A stretch of 64,000 nt of DNA from an uncultured bacterium (GTDB lineage Bacteria > CSSED10-310 > CAZUFC01), in the NCBI GenBank assembly GCA_964619725.1, contig CAZUFC010000025.1, forward strand, positions 10,385 through 74,384, written 5' to 3'. The position numbers and the translations under genes are program-made. The notes beneath the pieces are model-generated. The model was given only the letters and a program-made list of their open reading frames with translations, ran no database searches and was not told the DNA's origin. Below, piece by piece: positions 10,245 to 20,628 of the stretch. Each line of letters begins with the position of its first letter. Position 1 is the first letter of the stretch.

Positions 10245-11192
10245 TTATTCCTCCTTCTCGTCGCTTTCAAGGTCCAAGGCTTTAATAGCATTCCTTACTA
10301 CGGTAGCCGATTTGTCGAACGCTTCTTTTTCCTCCAGAGTCAAATCCAGTTCGATTATTCTTTCAATGCCTTTTTGACTTAGTTGAACGGGAACGCCCAG
10401 GCATATATCCTTGTGACCATACTCGCCGTCAAGATAAACAGGAGCGCAAAGAATCCGCTTGGTATTTCGTATTATCGCTTCAACGGTGTCGGCTACTGCA
10501 GCGCCCGGCGCATAAGAAGCGCTTCCAGTCTGCAGATTTTTGACTATATCGTTTCCAGCTTTCCTGGTCATTCCAACGATCGTTTCGATTTTTTCAGGCG
10601 ATAATATTTCCCCTATGGGTATTCCTTCAACTCGGCAATACCGGGGAAGAATGACCATGTAATCATGATGTCCGCCCAGGATCAGGGCCGTCATATTAAC
10701 GCTGGACAAATTCAATTCGCGGGCGACGAATTCGCGCAACCGGGTCGAGTCCAGGTCTCCTGATACCCCCATAACCTTTTTGGAACTGAAACCGCCCTTT
10801 TTCACGAGATAGTATGAAGTGGTATCCACAGGTTCCGTCAGATTGATGATGACGGCTTCAGGCGCGTGTCTTTTGATCTCCTGAGTAATTTGATCGACAA
10901 CGGGAATATTATGCTCCAGAAGGTCCAGACGCATCATTTCCGGTTTTCGCACTTTTCCTGCCGCAATCACGACGACTTTTGAACCGGCCATATCGCTGAA
11001 ATTGTCAGAACCGTCGACCATTACGTCGTATCCCCTTATCGGAGCCGCCTCCATTAGGTCGAGAGCTTTCCCCCTTGCGCGTCCTTGCTCGACATCAATC
11101 AGCAGGATGTCGGCGATGTTTTTTTCCGCAAGGTAAAATGCGGCGGCCGTTCCAACATTACCGGCTCCCAGAATGGTAACTTTTTCCACCAT
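10245..11192 (-). CDS. mdh: Divergent malate dehydrogenase paralogue
   Basis: GAGNVG, VRKPEMMRLDLL, LDSTR and GGHHD. The conserved NP motif is changed to EP. Confidence 0.8.
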   Translation of the reverse strand: MVEKVTILGAGNVGTAAAFYLAEKNIADILLIDVEQGRARGKALDLMEAAPIRGYDVMVDGSDNFSDMAGSKVVVIAAGKVRKPEMMRLDLLEHNIPVVDQITQEIKRHAPEAVIINLTEPVDTTSYYLVKKGGFSSKKVMGVSGDLDSTRLREFVARELNLSSVNMTALILGGHHDYMVILPRYCRVEGIPIGEILSPEKIETIVGMTRKAGNDIVKNLQTGSASYAPGAAVADTVEAIIRNTKRILCAPVYLDGEYGHKDICLGVPVQLSQKGIERIIELDLTLEEKEAFDKSATVVRNAIKALDLESDEKEE

Positions 11193-11392
11193 TTTCCTCC
11201 TTTAACGACAAATGTTATCCTCACAAGTCACAAGTCTTAACATAAAAACTAATTAAACTAAAATCAAGACGTATTTGTAAGAAAGGGCAAAAAATCGAAA
11301 ATATTCCGCGCTCTTCAGGCATGCTTCAGGCGGAGTATGAATCCTGAAGAGCCGTCGACCGACGTTTATCGGTCTGCATTTCCTGCGAATCA

Positions 11393-11420
11393 GGCGGATT
11401 CGTTTTGAAGCGAATCCGCC
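11393..11420. terminator. Stem-loop downstream of the fumarate-reductase-like gene (possible terminator)
   Basis: GGCGGATTCG/CGAATCCGCC perfect 10-bp stem, but no clear U tract. Confidence 0.45.
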
Positions 11421-11521
11421 GTTAATTACATTGATGATTATAAAGCAAAAAGATGAGAAGGCGACTTCAGCCCTCCCAGAGAAACCGAAAGGGTAAGCGC
11501 TTGAGAATCACGTCCGTCGCA

Positions 11522-13183
11522 TCAAGAGATGTCGATCATGCGCGACAGGGCGGCTTTCCCTCGATATTCGGGCAGAAGTATGGGGGCTTTTCGTTTCGTT
11601 TCGATTCCCGCATCTCTCAGCATGCTGACGTATTTAGAAACGTGTTTGAGAGTCAATTGACCGTTTTTAAGTCCATCTTTGACCATTTTAGCAGCGCTGA
11701 TGCCAGACCTTCTTCCGAAGACCATGGTATCGAGAGTGGAGTTGCCCATAAGTCTGTTTTTGCCGTGGACGCCGCCGGAAACTTCGCCGGCGACCCAAAG
11801 TCCTTCGAGACTCGTTTTACCCCAGGGATCGGTTTCCACGCCGCCGTTCTGGTAATGGAGGGTGGGGAAGACCAGGACGGGGTTTTTACTGATGTCGATG
11901 TCATGCCTGGCGAACATTCTTTTCATGCCGGGAAAAGCTTTTTCGATATAGCCTTCGCCGTTTTTCAATTCAATGAGAGGGGTATCGAGCCAAACGCCGC
12001 GAAGACCCGTAGGCGTAGTGATGCCTTTATCATTGCCGTAGCATTCCCTGATGATGGCCGCGGCTTCGACGTCTCTGGGTTCCATGGGGAAGACGAAAGC
12101 TTCTCCGTCCCTGTTGATGGGTTGAGCTCCGGAAGTTCTGAGTTTTTCAGTAAGGAGATAACCGATGATTTGCAAAGGATAGGCAGCCCCGGTAGGATGG
12201 TATTGAACAGTATCGAGGTCTTTGAGATTTGCGCCGGCTCTATAGGAGATGACCACTCCGTCGCAAGTGGCGCCGTAATGGTTCGTAGTGGGGAAACCCC
12301 TGATATGAAGCCTGCCGAAACCTCCCGTGGCTATAATGACGGCTTTGGCCCTGGCGACTTTGTATTCACTGGTCTCAATATTATAAAGCAAGGCGCCGCT
12401 GACTTTTCCGTCATAATCCGTAAAAAGTTCGATAGCCGGGAAATGTTCGATGCATCCGATGCCGCGGCTTCTGAACTCATCCCTGATGACTCGGAATTCT
12501 TCAAGTCCCGTAAAATCGCGGCAGGAATGCATACGTCTTATCGAAGTTCCTCCGCCGTATTTTTCGACGAAATCGCCGTTTTCTTCCCGGTCTATAAGTG
12601 CGCCGAGTTCCAGCAGCCAATGGATGATATAAGGAGCGTCTTCAACGAGGGCTCTTACGACGTCCGGTTTGTTGGCGTAGTGTCCTCCGCCGATAGTGTC
12701 GATGAAATGTCTGGTGACGGAATCGACATCGCGGTCTGCAGCCTGAGTGCCTCCCTCGGCCATAATGGAATTGGCATCGCCGTGTCTGAGTTTATTGACC
12801 AGGAGAATCCGGTCAGCGGGTACGCCTTCCGTATTGGCCCAAATGGCTGCGCTCGTACCGGCCAGACCGCCTCCTATTATCATTACGTCAACATCATAAT
12901 CTATTTTGCTTGCATCGATTTCCTCTTCTTCGACAAGAGGGTAAGCTTCCAGGAGGTCCGCTACCGGTTCAGGGGCCATGTCGCCCTTGTTGGGACCTAT
13001 TTTTATTTCACGCTTGCCGCCGGTCACATAATCTGGATGAAACTGCGACAGCACTTCATTCTGCTGTTCCGGCGTCATTGCCGGGGGCGTGTAATGCAAA
13101 CGCTCTTTTCTGGTCTTGTGGACCACCTGCATTAATTCATAAATATCCTGCGGATAACCTTCCATATATTTTGCTTCAGCCAT
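11522..13183 (-). CDS. Soluble fumarate reductase/succinate dehydrogenase flavoprotein (TfrA-like)
   Basis: GGGLAG, QYHPT, PRD, LHYQNGG and HGKNRLMGNS catalytic motifs. The usual covalent-FAD His position reads ANSIMAEGG. Confidence 0.85.
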   Translation of the reverse strand: MAEAKYMEGYPQDIYELMQVVHKTRKERLHYTPPAMTPEQQNEVLSQFHPDYVTGGKREIKIGPNKGDMAPEPVADLLEAYPLVEEEEIDASKIDYDVDVMIIGGGLAGTSAAIWANTEGVPADRILLVNKLRHGDANSIMAEGGTQAADRDVDSVTRHFIDTIGGGHYANKPDVVRALVEDAPYIIHWLLELGALIDREENGDFVEKYGGGTSIRRMHSCRDFTGLEEFRVIRDEFRSRGIGCIEHFPAIELFTDYDGKVSGALLYNIETSEYKVARAKAVIIATGGFGRLHIRGFPTTNHYGATCDGVVISYRAGANLKDLDTVQYHPTGAAYPLQIIGYLLTEKLRTSGAQPINRDGEAFVFPMEPRDVEAAAIIRECYGNDKGITTPTGLRGVWLDTPLIELKNGEGYIEKAFPGMKRMFARHDIDISKNPVLVFPTLHYQNGGVETDPWGKTSLEGLWVAGEVSGGVHGKNRLMGNSTLDTMVFGRRSGISAAKMVKDGLKNGQLTLKHVSKYVSMLRDAGIETKRKAPILLPEYRGKAALSRMIDIS

Positions 13184-13275
13184 TTATCATTTCCTCCGAA
13201 AAACCGAGACCGAATTTAATGAATAATTCCGGCGGAATATAGTCTTAATTCCACCCTTAAAAAATCTGAACTGCT

Positions 13276-14040
13276 TTATTCGGCTTCCGATTCGCGTTCA
13301 CGCGATTCATAAAGTCTGGTCAATTCCTCTTTATCCAAAGCAGTGAGTTTTTCCATCTCTTCATCGAATTTACCCTGAGCCAATTCCTCCAATCTTCTCT
13401 TCAGGTGTTCCGGTTCAGGACAGCCGTATCTGCCGTACATCCTCCGGCCCAACTGCGCCACGTGATAATGAACGATTTCAGCAGGACACCTGATGGCGCA
13501 TAAACCGCACTGAATGCAATCGAACGATATCTCCGCCACTTCCTCAAAATCTCCCCTCAATGCCGCCTGAATATAATCCATAACCTCCAGGTCCTGGGGA
13601 CAGGCTTTTGTACAAGTATTACACGAAACGCAGCGGGCTATTTCGGGAAAATACTTCAGGAAAACGTTCGGATGATACTCCTCTTTCGAAATATCATAAG
13701 CGGGTTTTACTGCAGGAGAGAAAGGAATCTGAACCAGGTGCATCCCGTCTTCCACTCTTGTCTGGCAGGCCAGGTCCGTTTCGAGTTTATATTCACCCTG
13801 TCTCCGATAAACGGTGGAACAGGCTCCGCAGAAGCCCTGACGGCAGCCTACGGCCCTGACGAGTTTATAGCCGGCGTATTCCATAGCGTTAAGAATGGTC
13901 AAATCGGCGGGAACCTTATATCCTTTTCCCATGATGTAGATGGTGGCCCATTCTTTGATGTCCTTGTCATCAATCCCGGTAGTCACCGACGATGTGGCGT
14001 CGGCTATTTTTTGCATAATGTCTATCTTTTCTTCAGCCAT
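13276..14040 (-). CDS. Fe-S partner subunit (2Fe-2S plus 2x4Fe-4S; SdhB/TfrB N-terminal-like)
   Basis: GCRQGFCGAC...LACQT, CVSCNTCTKACP, CIQCGLCAIRCP. Confidence 0.82.
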   Translation of the reverse strand: MAEEKIDIMQKIADATSSVTTGIDDKDIKEWATIYIMGKGYKVPADLTILNAMEYAGYKLVRAVGCRQGFCGACSTVYRRQGEYKLETDLACQTRVEDGMHLVQIPFSPAVKPAYDISKEEYHPNVFLKYFPEIARCVSCNTCTKACPQDLEVMDYIQAALRGDFEEVAEISFDCIQCGLCAIRCPAEIVHYHVAQLGRRMYGRYGCPEPEHLKRRLEELAQGKFDEEMEKLTALDKEELTRLYESRERESEAE

Positions 14041-14055
14041 TTTGTCGCTCTTCCT

Positions 14056-14949
14056 TCAGAGAATATTTTTTTGCTTTAACAAAGGCAGCGGATTGACGCG
14101 ATTTAATTCGAATCCGCAAACATTTTCATTCAAGCCGAAAGCGCAAGCCATGAGTTGCGTGAAATACAAAACAGGCATTTGCTCGAAATCGGCATATTTT
14201 TCCGTTACTTCCTTCTGCCGGTCGTCAAGATTGAACATACACAGAGGACAGCTCGTAATCATAGCTTCGGCGCCGGCATCGCGGGCGTGAGAAATGATGT
14301 CGTAGGTCAGATCGACAACCATTTCTTTGTTCGATACGGTCTGGTAGTTGCCGCAACATACGCTCCTGTAAGGATTCTCCACGACTTCAGCTCCCAGAGC
14401 TTCGAGCAGCATGTTGTAGATGAGAGGATTTTCAGGGTCGTCGATTCCACTTTCTTTGGGTCGCATCAGCATACAATCGTAATAAGGCGCGACTTTCAGC
14501 CCCTCAAGAGGTTTTACCGTTTTTTCCTTCACTTTGTCGAAGCCTATTTCCTTTAATAATTCCAAGAAGTGAACGACCTCGACATTCCCCTCATAGTCCT
14601 GTTCAAGATAAGCCAGACTATTGATTTTTTCCAAATCCTCCGCGTTTTCTTTCAGTCTTATGTTGGTCCTTTTCAACGTGTTGAAACACATGGAGCATAA
14701 AGTCACCAAGCGTCTTTCATTGTCTACGAGACCGTTTTGATTCATTTCCTGAACGCGAATGAATACGCGTGCCGGCGCTATATGATGCATCAGGTCGTCG
14801 GCCGCCAGAGAATATACGGTCCCGCAACAATTCCAGCGGGGAAGTTCCACTAATTCCAAGCCCAGTACTTCAGCAGACGCCAGGGCTGAGCTTTCAAAAC
14901 CCTTGGCGCTGGTTTTTAGAGAGCATCCTGGATAATACGGCAGTTTCAT
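14056..14949 (-). CDS. hdrB: Heterodisulfide reductase subunit B (CCG domains)
   Basis: YYPGCS, WNCCG, CSMC, VCCG, CPLC. Confidence 0.92.
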   Translation of the reverse strand: MKLPYYPGCSLKTSAKGFESSALASAEVLGLELVELPRWNCCGTVYSLAADDLMHHIAPARVFIRVQEMNQNGLVDNERRLVTLCSMCFNTLKRTNIRLKENAEDLEKINSLAYLEQDYEGNVEVVHFLELLKEIGFDKVKEKTVKPLEGLKVAPYYDCMLMRPKESGIDDPENPLIYNMLLEALGAEVVENPYRSVCCGNYQTVSNKEMVVDLTYDIISHARDAGAEAMITSCPLCMFNLDDRQKEVTEKYADFEQMPVLYFTQLMACAFGLNENVCGFELNRVNPLPLLKQKNIL

Positions 14950-14964
14950 TTTGTTCCCACTTTT

Positions 14965-15369
14965 CTATCCTGTCATTTTACGGAAGCTGCTGACCAGTGC
15001 GATTTGCGGCAGCCTCTTGATCTCATCCTCAGGTATACATCTGATTTCGATATGATCCTTGGCTTTCCTCAGCGAAATTTGACGTAATGCCTCTGCAACT
15101 TTCGAAGGATCAAGGCCGCGAGGGCATCTGACGGTGCAGGTAAAACAAGAAGCGCAAATCCACATGGCTTTTGATTCGCAGACATCCTCCTGACCCAGTT
15201 GAACTTTACGCATCATCTGGGATGGAGTGATATCCATTTCCGATACCATAGGGCAACTTCCCGAACAGGTCCCGCACTGTTCGCACAGCGTCACGACCTC
15301 GCCCGACAAAGTTTCCACTTTTTCCACGAATTTCGTGTTTTTATCAGTCAATATTACTTTTTTAACCAT
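14965..15369 (-). CDS. hdrC: Heterodisulfide reductase subunit C
   Basis: CEQCGTCSGSCP, WICASCFTCTVRCP. Confidence 0.92.
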   Translation of the reverse strand: MVKKVILTDKNTKFVEKVETLSGEVVTLCEQCGTCSGSCPMVSEMDITPSQMMRKVQLGQEDVCESKAMWICASCFTCTVRCPRGLDPSKVAEALRQISLRKAKDHIEIRCIPEDEIKRLPQIALVSSFRKMTG

Positions 15370-15440
15370 AAGTTACTCCCAGCAAATACAAATTTGAAGA
15401 GCCAGTCGAAGAACCGGTCCCTTAAGGAATATCCTGAAAG

Positions 15441-15866
15441 TTAAGTTTTTTCTTTAACTTTCAGATTCAGGGGACCGAGTTTTTTAATATCTTCCGTGAA
15501 TTCTTTAACGACTCGACCGAATTTGACGCCCTCGGAGGCGGAAACCCAGTCAAGTCGAAGTCTTTCTGAATCAATGCCCAACTGTTCCAGCGTTTTTTTG
15601 AGCAGGATGGCCCTTCGTAGAGTTTTGTAATTGCCGTTGACATAATGGCAGTCGCCGAGGTGGCAACCGGCGATAAGGACTCCATCGGCGCCTTCATTAA
15701 AGGCGTTAAGGATATGAGAAGGTTCGACCCTGCTGGAACACATGACTCTGATAGGGATCATGTTGACGGGGTATTGAACTCTGGAGGTGCCTGCCAGATC
15801 GGCGCCGAGGTAAGAACACCAGTTGCACAGAAAACCGATAATTTTAGGTTTAAATTCTTCTCCCAT
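15441..15866 (-). CDS. mvhD: MvhD [2Fe-2S] subunit
   Basis: FLCNWCSYLGADLAG, RVMCSSRV, GCHLGDCHY. Confidence 0.93.
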   Translation of the reverse strand: MGEEFKPKIIGFLCNWCSYLGADLAGTSRVQYPVNMIPIRVMCSSRVEPSHILNAFNEGADGVLIAGCHLGDCHYVNGNYKTLRRAILLKKTLEQLGIDSERLRLDWVSASEGVKFGRVVKEFTEDIKKLGPLNLKVKEKT

Positions 15867-15872
15867 TTGAAT

Positions 15873-17813
15873 TTACTCCAATGCTTTTTCAACCATCGCT
15901 AAAATCTGGTTAGAAGTGAATCCTCTTTGTTCCATGGCCCCTGAGGGGCAAGTAGCCGCGCAATTTCCGCAGCATTTGCATAAAACGGTATTGACGTTCG
16001 AAATTCTTTTACCGTTTTTAACTTCGAGTGAAATAGCCGAGTAAGGACAGACTGCAACGCAAGCGCCGCATCCTGAACAAACATCCTCATCGACCAGTGA
16101 TGTGTAGGGGTCCGCAATGAATTTTCCCGGATTCATCAGAGTTATCGCTCTGGCAGCGGCGGCGCTGCCCTGTGCGACGCTGTCTGGAATGTCCTTGGGA
16201 CCCTGGACGGTTCCCGCGACGAAGACGCCTTCGGATAGAGTATCGACCGGTCTGAATTTGGGATGCGCTTCTTTCAGAAAACCGTCATCCCCCTTGGCCA
16301 GCCTCAGAAGCTCCGCAACGATGCCGGTTCCCTCATGGGGTATCATGCCGACGGAAAGAATGACTGAATCGAATTCCGATTCGATAATATCTCTGGAGAG
16401 CGTATCTTCTGCTTTAAGAAGAATTCTTCCGTTATGCATGTTTTCCTGTAATTGAGCGACGCGTCCCCTGATAAATTTCACCCCTTCTCTCTGCGCTCTT
16501 TTATAGTATTCCTCGAATCCTTTTCCGTAGGCTCTGAGGTCCGTATAGAAAATATAGACGTCTTTGGATTTGTCGGTTCTTTTCAGCAACTGGGCCAATT
16601 TGCTTGCGTACATGCAGCAGATTCTGGAGCAGTATTCGTTTCCGCACTGTTCGTCTCTGGAGCCGACGCATTGAATAAAGGCGATTCTTTTACCGAGGTC
16701 GGTGATGGGTTCGCCTTCGGTAGCGTGTGCAATAATTCTTTCCAGTTCCAAGGAAGTATAGACGTTATCGAATTTGCCGAAGCCGTAGACGGCCTTTTGC
16801 GTGGCGTCGAAAACCTGATAACCTGTTGAGACAATGATCGTATCGACGGTGAAAGTTAATTCCTGTGGTTTATCGTCGTAATTGATGGCGTTGGGTTCGC
16901 AAACTTCTGAGCATTTAGTGCAAGCCAGGGGGAAAAGGCCCAGGCATGATTCGGAGTCAAGGATGTAGGTGTGAGGAACAGCGATGGAGTTGGGCAGGTA
17001 GATGGCTCTTCGGGAGGTCAGTCCTTCGTCTTGTTCGTTGGGGACGACGACGGGGCAGACATCTTCGCATTTTTCACAGCAGGTGCAGAGCGACGGATCG
17101 ACGAAGGTGGGTTTCTTTCTGACCGTAACCTGATAGTTACCCAGAAAACCGTCCACACTCAGCAATTCCGTGCTGGTCATCAGTTCGATGTTGGGATTTG
17201 CGGGAACGTCGGCCATTTTGGGCGAAAGAATACAGGCGGCGCAGTCTTCCGTGGGGAAGGTCCTGGAGAGTTTAACCATGTGACCGCCTATGGATGGTTC
17301 TTTCTCAACAAGATAAACCTTGAAGCCTGCATTGCCGAGGTCAAGAGCGGCCTGGATGCCGGCAATACCGCCGCCGACGACCAGGACTCTTTTGCCGACA
17401 GGCATTGACAATTTTTCCAGAGGTTCATCCAATCTTGCTTTTGTAATGGCCATATTGGTGAGCGATTTCGCTTTTTCGGTCGCTTCCTCTTTAAAGCTGA
17501 AGTGGGGCCAGGAGCATTGTTCGCGAATATTGGCCATTTCAAAGACATAAGGGTTCAATCCAGCTTTTTCCACTGTGGTCATGAACGTCGCACCCTGGAA
17601 CTGGGGTGAGCATGCCGCTATGACTACGCGATCCAGTTTGTGTTCCTTGATGTCATCAATGACCAATCTTTGACCGACCTCAGAACACATATGAGTGTGA
17701 TCCTTAACCATAACGACGTCACCCTGTTGTTCCGCAAATCGCACTACTTGATCAATATCAACGACTTCAGCGATGTTGCTTCCACAGTGACAAACATATA
17801 CACCGATTCTCAT
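15873..17813 (-). CDS. hdrA: Heterodisulfide reductase subunit A (canonical length)
   Basis: RIGVYVCHCG, AACSP, ANIREQCSW, GGGIAG, TFPTEDCAACIL, QCVGSRD...YCSRICC and a C-terminal ferredoxin domain. Confidence 0.95.
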   Translation of the reverse strand: MRIGVYVCHCGSNIAEVVDIDQVVRFAEQQGDVVMVKDHTHMCSEVGQRLVIDDIKEHKLDRVVIAACSPQFQGATFMTTVEKAGLNPYVFEMANIREQCSWPHFSFKEEATEKAKSLTNMAITKARLDEPLEKLSMPVGKRVLVVGGGIAGIQAALDLGNAGFKVYLVEKEPSIGGHMVKLSRTFPTEDCAACILSPKMADVPANPNIELMTSTELLSVDGFLGNYQVTVRKKPTFVDPSLCTCCEKCEDVCPVVVPNEQDEGLTSRRAIYLPNSIAVPHTYILDSESCLGLFPLACTKCSEVCEPNAINYDDKPQELTFTVDTIIVSTGYQVFDATQKAVYGFGKFDNVYTSLELERIIAHATEGEPITDLGKRIAFIQCVGSRDEQCGNEYCSRICCMYASKLAQLLKRTDKSKDVYIFYTDLRAYGKGFEEYYKRAQREGVKFIRGRVAQLQENMHNGRILLKAEDTLSRDIIESEFDSVILSVGMIPHEGTGIVAELLRLAKGDDGFLKEAHPKFRPVDTLSEGVFVAGTVQGPKDIPDSVAQGSAAAARAITLMNPGKFIADPYTSLVDEDVCSGCGACVAVCPYSAISLEVKNGKRISNVNTVLCKCCGNCAATCPSGAMEQRGFTSNQILAMVEKALE

Positions 17814-17983
17814 GTTATTGTATCCCTCTACTTTATGTTTTCCTAAACATTACCGTTGCGTTGAAGGCAGTCTGAGCGTCCCTGCCGCAAGGACCAATCG
17901 CCTGGAAACGAGCATTTTGCGTTCGATGAAGCGTTAAGTTTTCTGTGATCGGGCTCATACTGCCGAGATTAAAAATTCCGAAT

Positions 17984-18853
17984 TTATGGGATTAAAGAAG
18001 CCAGAGTTTTTCCGATGTCAGCGGGACTTCCGGCCACGGCAGCTCCGGCCTTTTTCAGCGCCTCTATTTTCTCAGGCGCGGTTCCTTTGCCGCCAGAGAT
18101 AATGGCGCCGGCATGCCCCATACGTTTTCCCGGAGGCGCTGTTCTGCCTGCGATAAACGCTGCCACAGGTTTTTTGACTTCCCCCTTGATGAATTCCGCC
18201 GCTTCCTCTTCCGCTGTTCCTCCTATTTCCCCGATAAGGACAATGGCGTCGGTATCCGGGTCTTCATTGAACAGTTTAAGGTAATCGATGAAATTCATTC
18301 CAAGTATGGGATCGCCGCCCATGCCGATGCATGTCGATTGTCCTATGTCCCTTTCAGAGAGCTGGTGTATGGCTTCGTAAGTGAGGGTTCCGCTGCGCGA
18401 TATGACGCCGACGGCGCCGGGCTTATGAATATATCCCGGCATAATTCCTATTTTGCACTTTCCGGGAGAAATGACGCCCGGGCAGTTCGGCCCTATCAGT
18501 CGAACGTCCGTGTTCTCAATGATTCTTTTTACTTTCACCATATCCAGTACGGGAATGCCTTCGGTTATGCATACGATCAGTTTAATTCCAGCGTCGGCCG
18601 CTTCCAGTATCGCATCTGCGGCGAATGCCGGAGGTACGAAAATCATGGTCGCGTCAGCGCCGGTGGTTTCCCTGGCTTCCGATACGGTATCAAAGACTGG
18701 AATTCCTTCCACTTCCTCGCCGCCTTTTCCCGGCGTAACTCCGCCGACTACTTTCGTGCCGTATTCAAGACAACGGAGAGTATGGAAGGCGCCGGCCTTT
18801 CCGGTAATACCCTGACAAATCATTTTGGTTTTTTCATCTGCTAGAATCGACAT
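17984..18853 (-). CDS. sucD: Succinyl-CoA synthetase alpha subunit
   Basis: [27 protein letters not shown]. Confidence 0.97.
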   Translation of the reverse strand: MSILADEKTKMICQGITGKAGAFHTLRCLEYGTKVVGGVTPGKGGEEVEGIPVFDTVSEARETTGADATMIFVPPAFAADAILEAADAGIKLIVCITEGIPVLDMVKVKRIIENTDVRLIGPNCPGVISPGKCKIGIMPGYIHKPGAVGVISRSGTLTYEAIHQLSERDIGQSTCIGMGGDPILGMNFIDYLKLFNEDPDTDAIVLIGEIGGTAEEEAAEFIKGEVKKPVAAFIAGRTAPPGKRMGHAGAIISGGKGTAPEKIEALKKAGAAVAGSPADIGKTLASLIP

Positions 18854-18868
18854 TTTGCTCGCCCTTAC

Positions 18869-20032
18869 TCAATTTTTGATATTGGAAATTGCTTTTACCG
18901 CCGCGTCGTTAAAGTCTGAGGCTGTAATGATTTTAATATTCGATCTTTCCAGGATCGCCTTTCCTTCCTTCATGTTTGTTCCTTCAAGTCTGACGATGAG
19001 AGGAACTTTCAGGTCGACTTCCTTGAGAGCCGTCAGAATACCTTCGGCGATGACGTCGCATTTCATGATTCCGCCGAAAATATTGACCAGGACCGCTTTC
19101 ACGTTAGGGTCCTGAGTAAGAATTTTAAAGGCTTCCGTAACTTGATCGGTACTTGCGCTCCCTCCTACGTCCAGGAAATTCGCCGGTTCCGCGCCGTGCA
19201 GTTTAATGATGTCCATGGTAGCCATCGCCAGCCCCGCTCCATTGACCAGGCAGCCGATATTACCGTCAAGAGAAATATAACTCAGTCCGTTTTCCCTGGC
19301 AACTACCTCCTTCGGGTTCTCTTCGGTAACGTCTCTCAATTCAACGATATCAGCATGTCTGAACAATGAATTGTCGTCGAAATTCAGCTTGGCATCCAGC
19401 GCTAGCATATCGCCCTGTTTCGTGACGACCAGCGGGTTGATTTCCGCCAGCGAGCAATCATTGGCCAGGAATGCCCGGTAAAGGTTTGTGATCATCTTAA
19501 GGGCCGATTTGAATGTCTTTTTTTCTCGCAGGCCGAGTTTAAAAGCCATTCGTCTCGCCTGGTAGGACATCAATCCCACGGCCGGATCAACGAATTCCTT
19601 GTATATTTTTTCCGGGGTCTCAGCAGCGACCTTCTCTATTTCCATACCGCCTTCCGAGCTGCCCATTACGGCGACGCGATTAGTGCTTCTGTCGATGACC
19701 ATTCCCAGATATAGTTCCCGGTCAATATCACAGGCTTGTTCTATTAAGACTTTGCGAACTTCTTTGCCCTCGGGGGCCTGATGCGTCTTAAGAAGCATTC
19801 CCAGAATGTTTCCGGCATGAGAACGAACCTCCTGCTCCGATGAAGCCAGTTTGATGCCGCCCGCCTTTCCACGGCCCCCGGCATGCACCTGCGCTTTAAC
19901 TACCCATTTGTCGCCTCCGATGCGGGAGGCCGCTTCCGCCGCTTCCTCGACTGAAGCCGCTACCGCTCCGGCAGGAACAGGAACATTGAATTTCCTCAGT
20001 ATATCTTTTGCTTGATATTCGTGTACTTTCAT
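18869..20032 (-). CDS. sucC: Succinyl-CoA synthetase beta subunit
   Basis: [37 protein letters not shown]. Confidence 0.97.
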   Translation of the reverse strand: MKVHEYQAKDILRKFNVPVPAGAVAASVEEAAEAASRIGGDKWVVKAQVHAGGRGKAGGIKLASSEQEVRSHAGNILGMLLKTHQAPEGKEVRKVLIEQACDIDRELYLGMVIDRSTNRVAVMGSSEGGMEIEKVAAETPEKIYKEFVDPAVGLMSYQARRMAFKLGLREKKTFKSALKMITNLYRAFLANDCSLAEINPLVVTKQGDMLALDAKLNFDDNSLFRHADIVELRDVTEENPKEVVARENGLSYISLDGNIGCLVNGAGLAMATMDIIKLHGAEPANFLDVGGSASTDQVTEAFKILTQDPNVKAVLVNIFGGIMKCDVIAEGILTALKEVDLKVPLIVRLEGTNMKEGKAILERSNIKIITASDFNDAAVKAISNIKN

Positions 20033-20043
20033 CCTATTTCTCG

Positions 20044-20628
20044 CTAGTATTTAATTTCAAGGATTCTTCCTGCCGCTTCAGAAGATTCTTGCTCCACCTT
20101 CCGATGCAAACTTTGCCCATACGAATCCATGGTTACGACTACGGGAAATCTTTCCACTTCCAGCACCCACAATGCTTCAGGAGTGCCGAATTCTTCCAGT
20201 TTAAAGACTTTTTTAACTTTTTTTATGGATTCCGCCAGAACAACAGCCAGTCCGCCTATCGCATGGAAATATACCGCTCCGTATTCGCTGCACGCTTCCA
20301 GCGTCCGGTCTCCCATGCCTCCTTTGCCTATGATCCCGACTACTCCATATTCCTTTATCACGTCCGCTTCATACGGTTCTTCGCGAATGCTGGTCGTCGG
20401 ACCGGCTGCAACGACTTTCCAACCCTCGTCTGTCTTCTTCATTATAGGGCCGCAATGATAAATAACCGAACCCCGCAGGAAGTCTCTCAGTTCTTCCGGC
20501 TTTTCCTCCACCATGTATTTATGAGCGGCGTCGCGGGCGGTAACGATCTGTCCGGTCAGCGCCGCTTCATCGCCTACTTTGAGTTCTCTGATTCTTTTTT
20601 CCGTGGTCGGTAATTCAATTTCAATCAT
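20044..20628 (-). CDS. Class I (Fe-S) fumarate hydratase, beta subunit
   Basis: TARDAAH, YHCGP, GPTTSIR, IGKGGM. Confidence 0.9.
   Translation of the reverse strand: MIEIELPTTEKRIRELKVGDEAALTGQIVTARDAAHKYMVEEKPEELRDFLRGSVIYHCGPIMKKTDEGWKVVAAGPTTSIREEPYEADVIKEYGVVGIIGKGGMGDRTLEACSEYGAVYFHAIGGLAVVLAESIKKVKKVFKLEEFGTPEALWVLEVERFPVVVTMDSYGQSLHRKVEQESSEAAGRILEIKY

Noticed and set aside
11453-13135. 560-aa plus-strand ORF
   Set aside because: Antisense shadow of the well-supported flavoprotein gene; no motifs or RBS.
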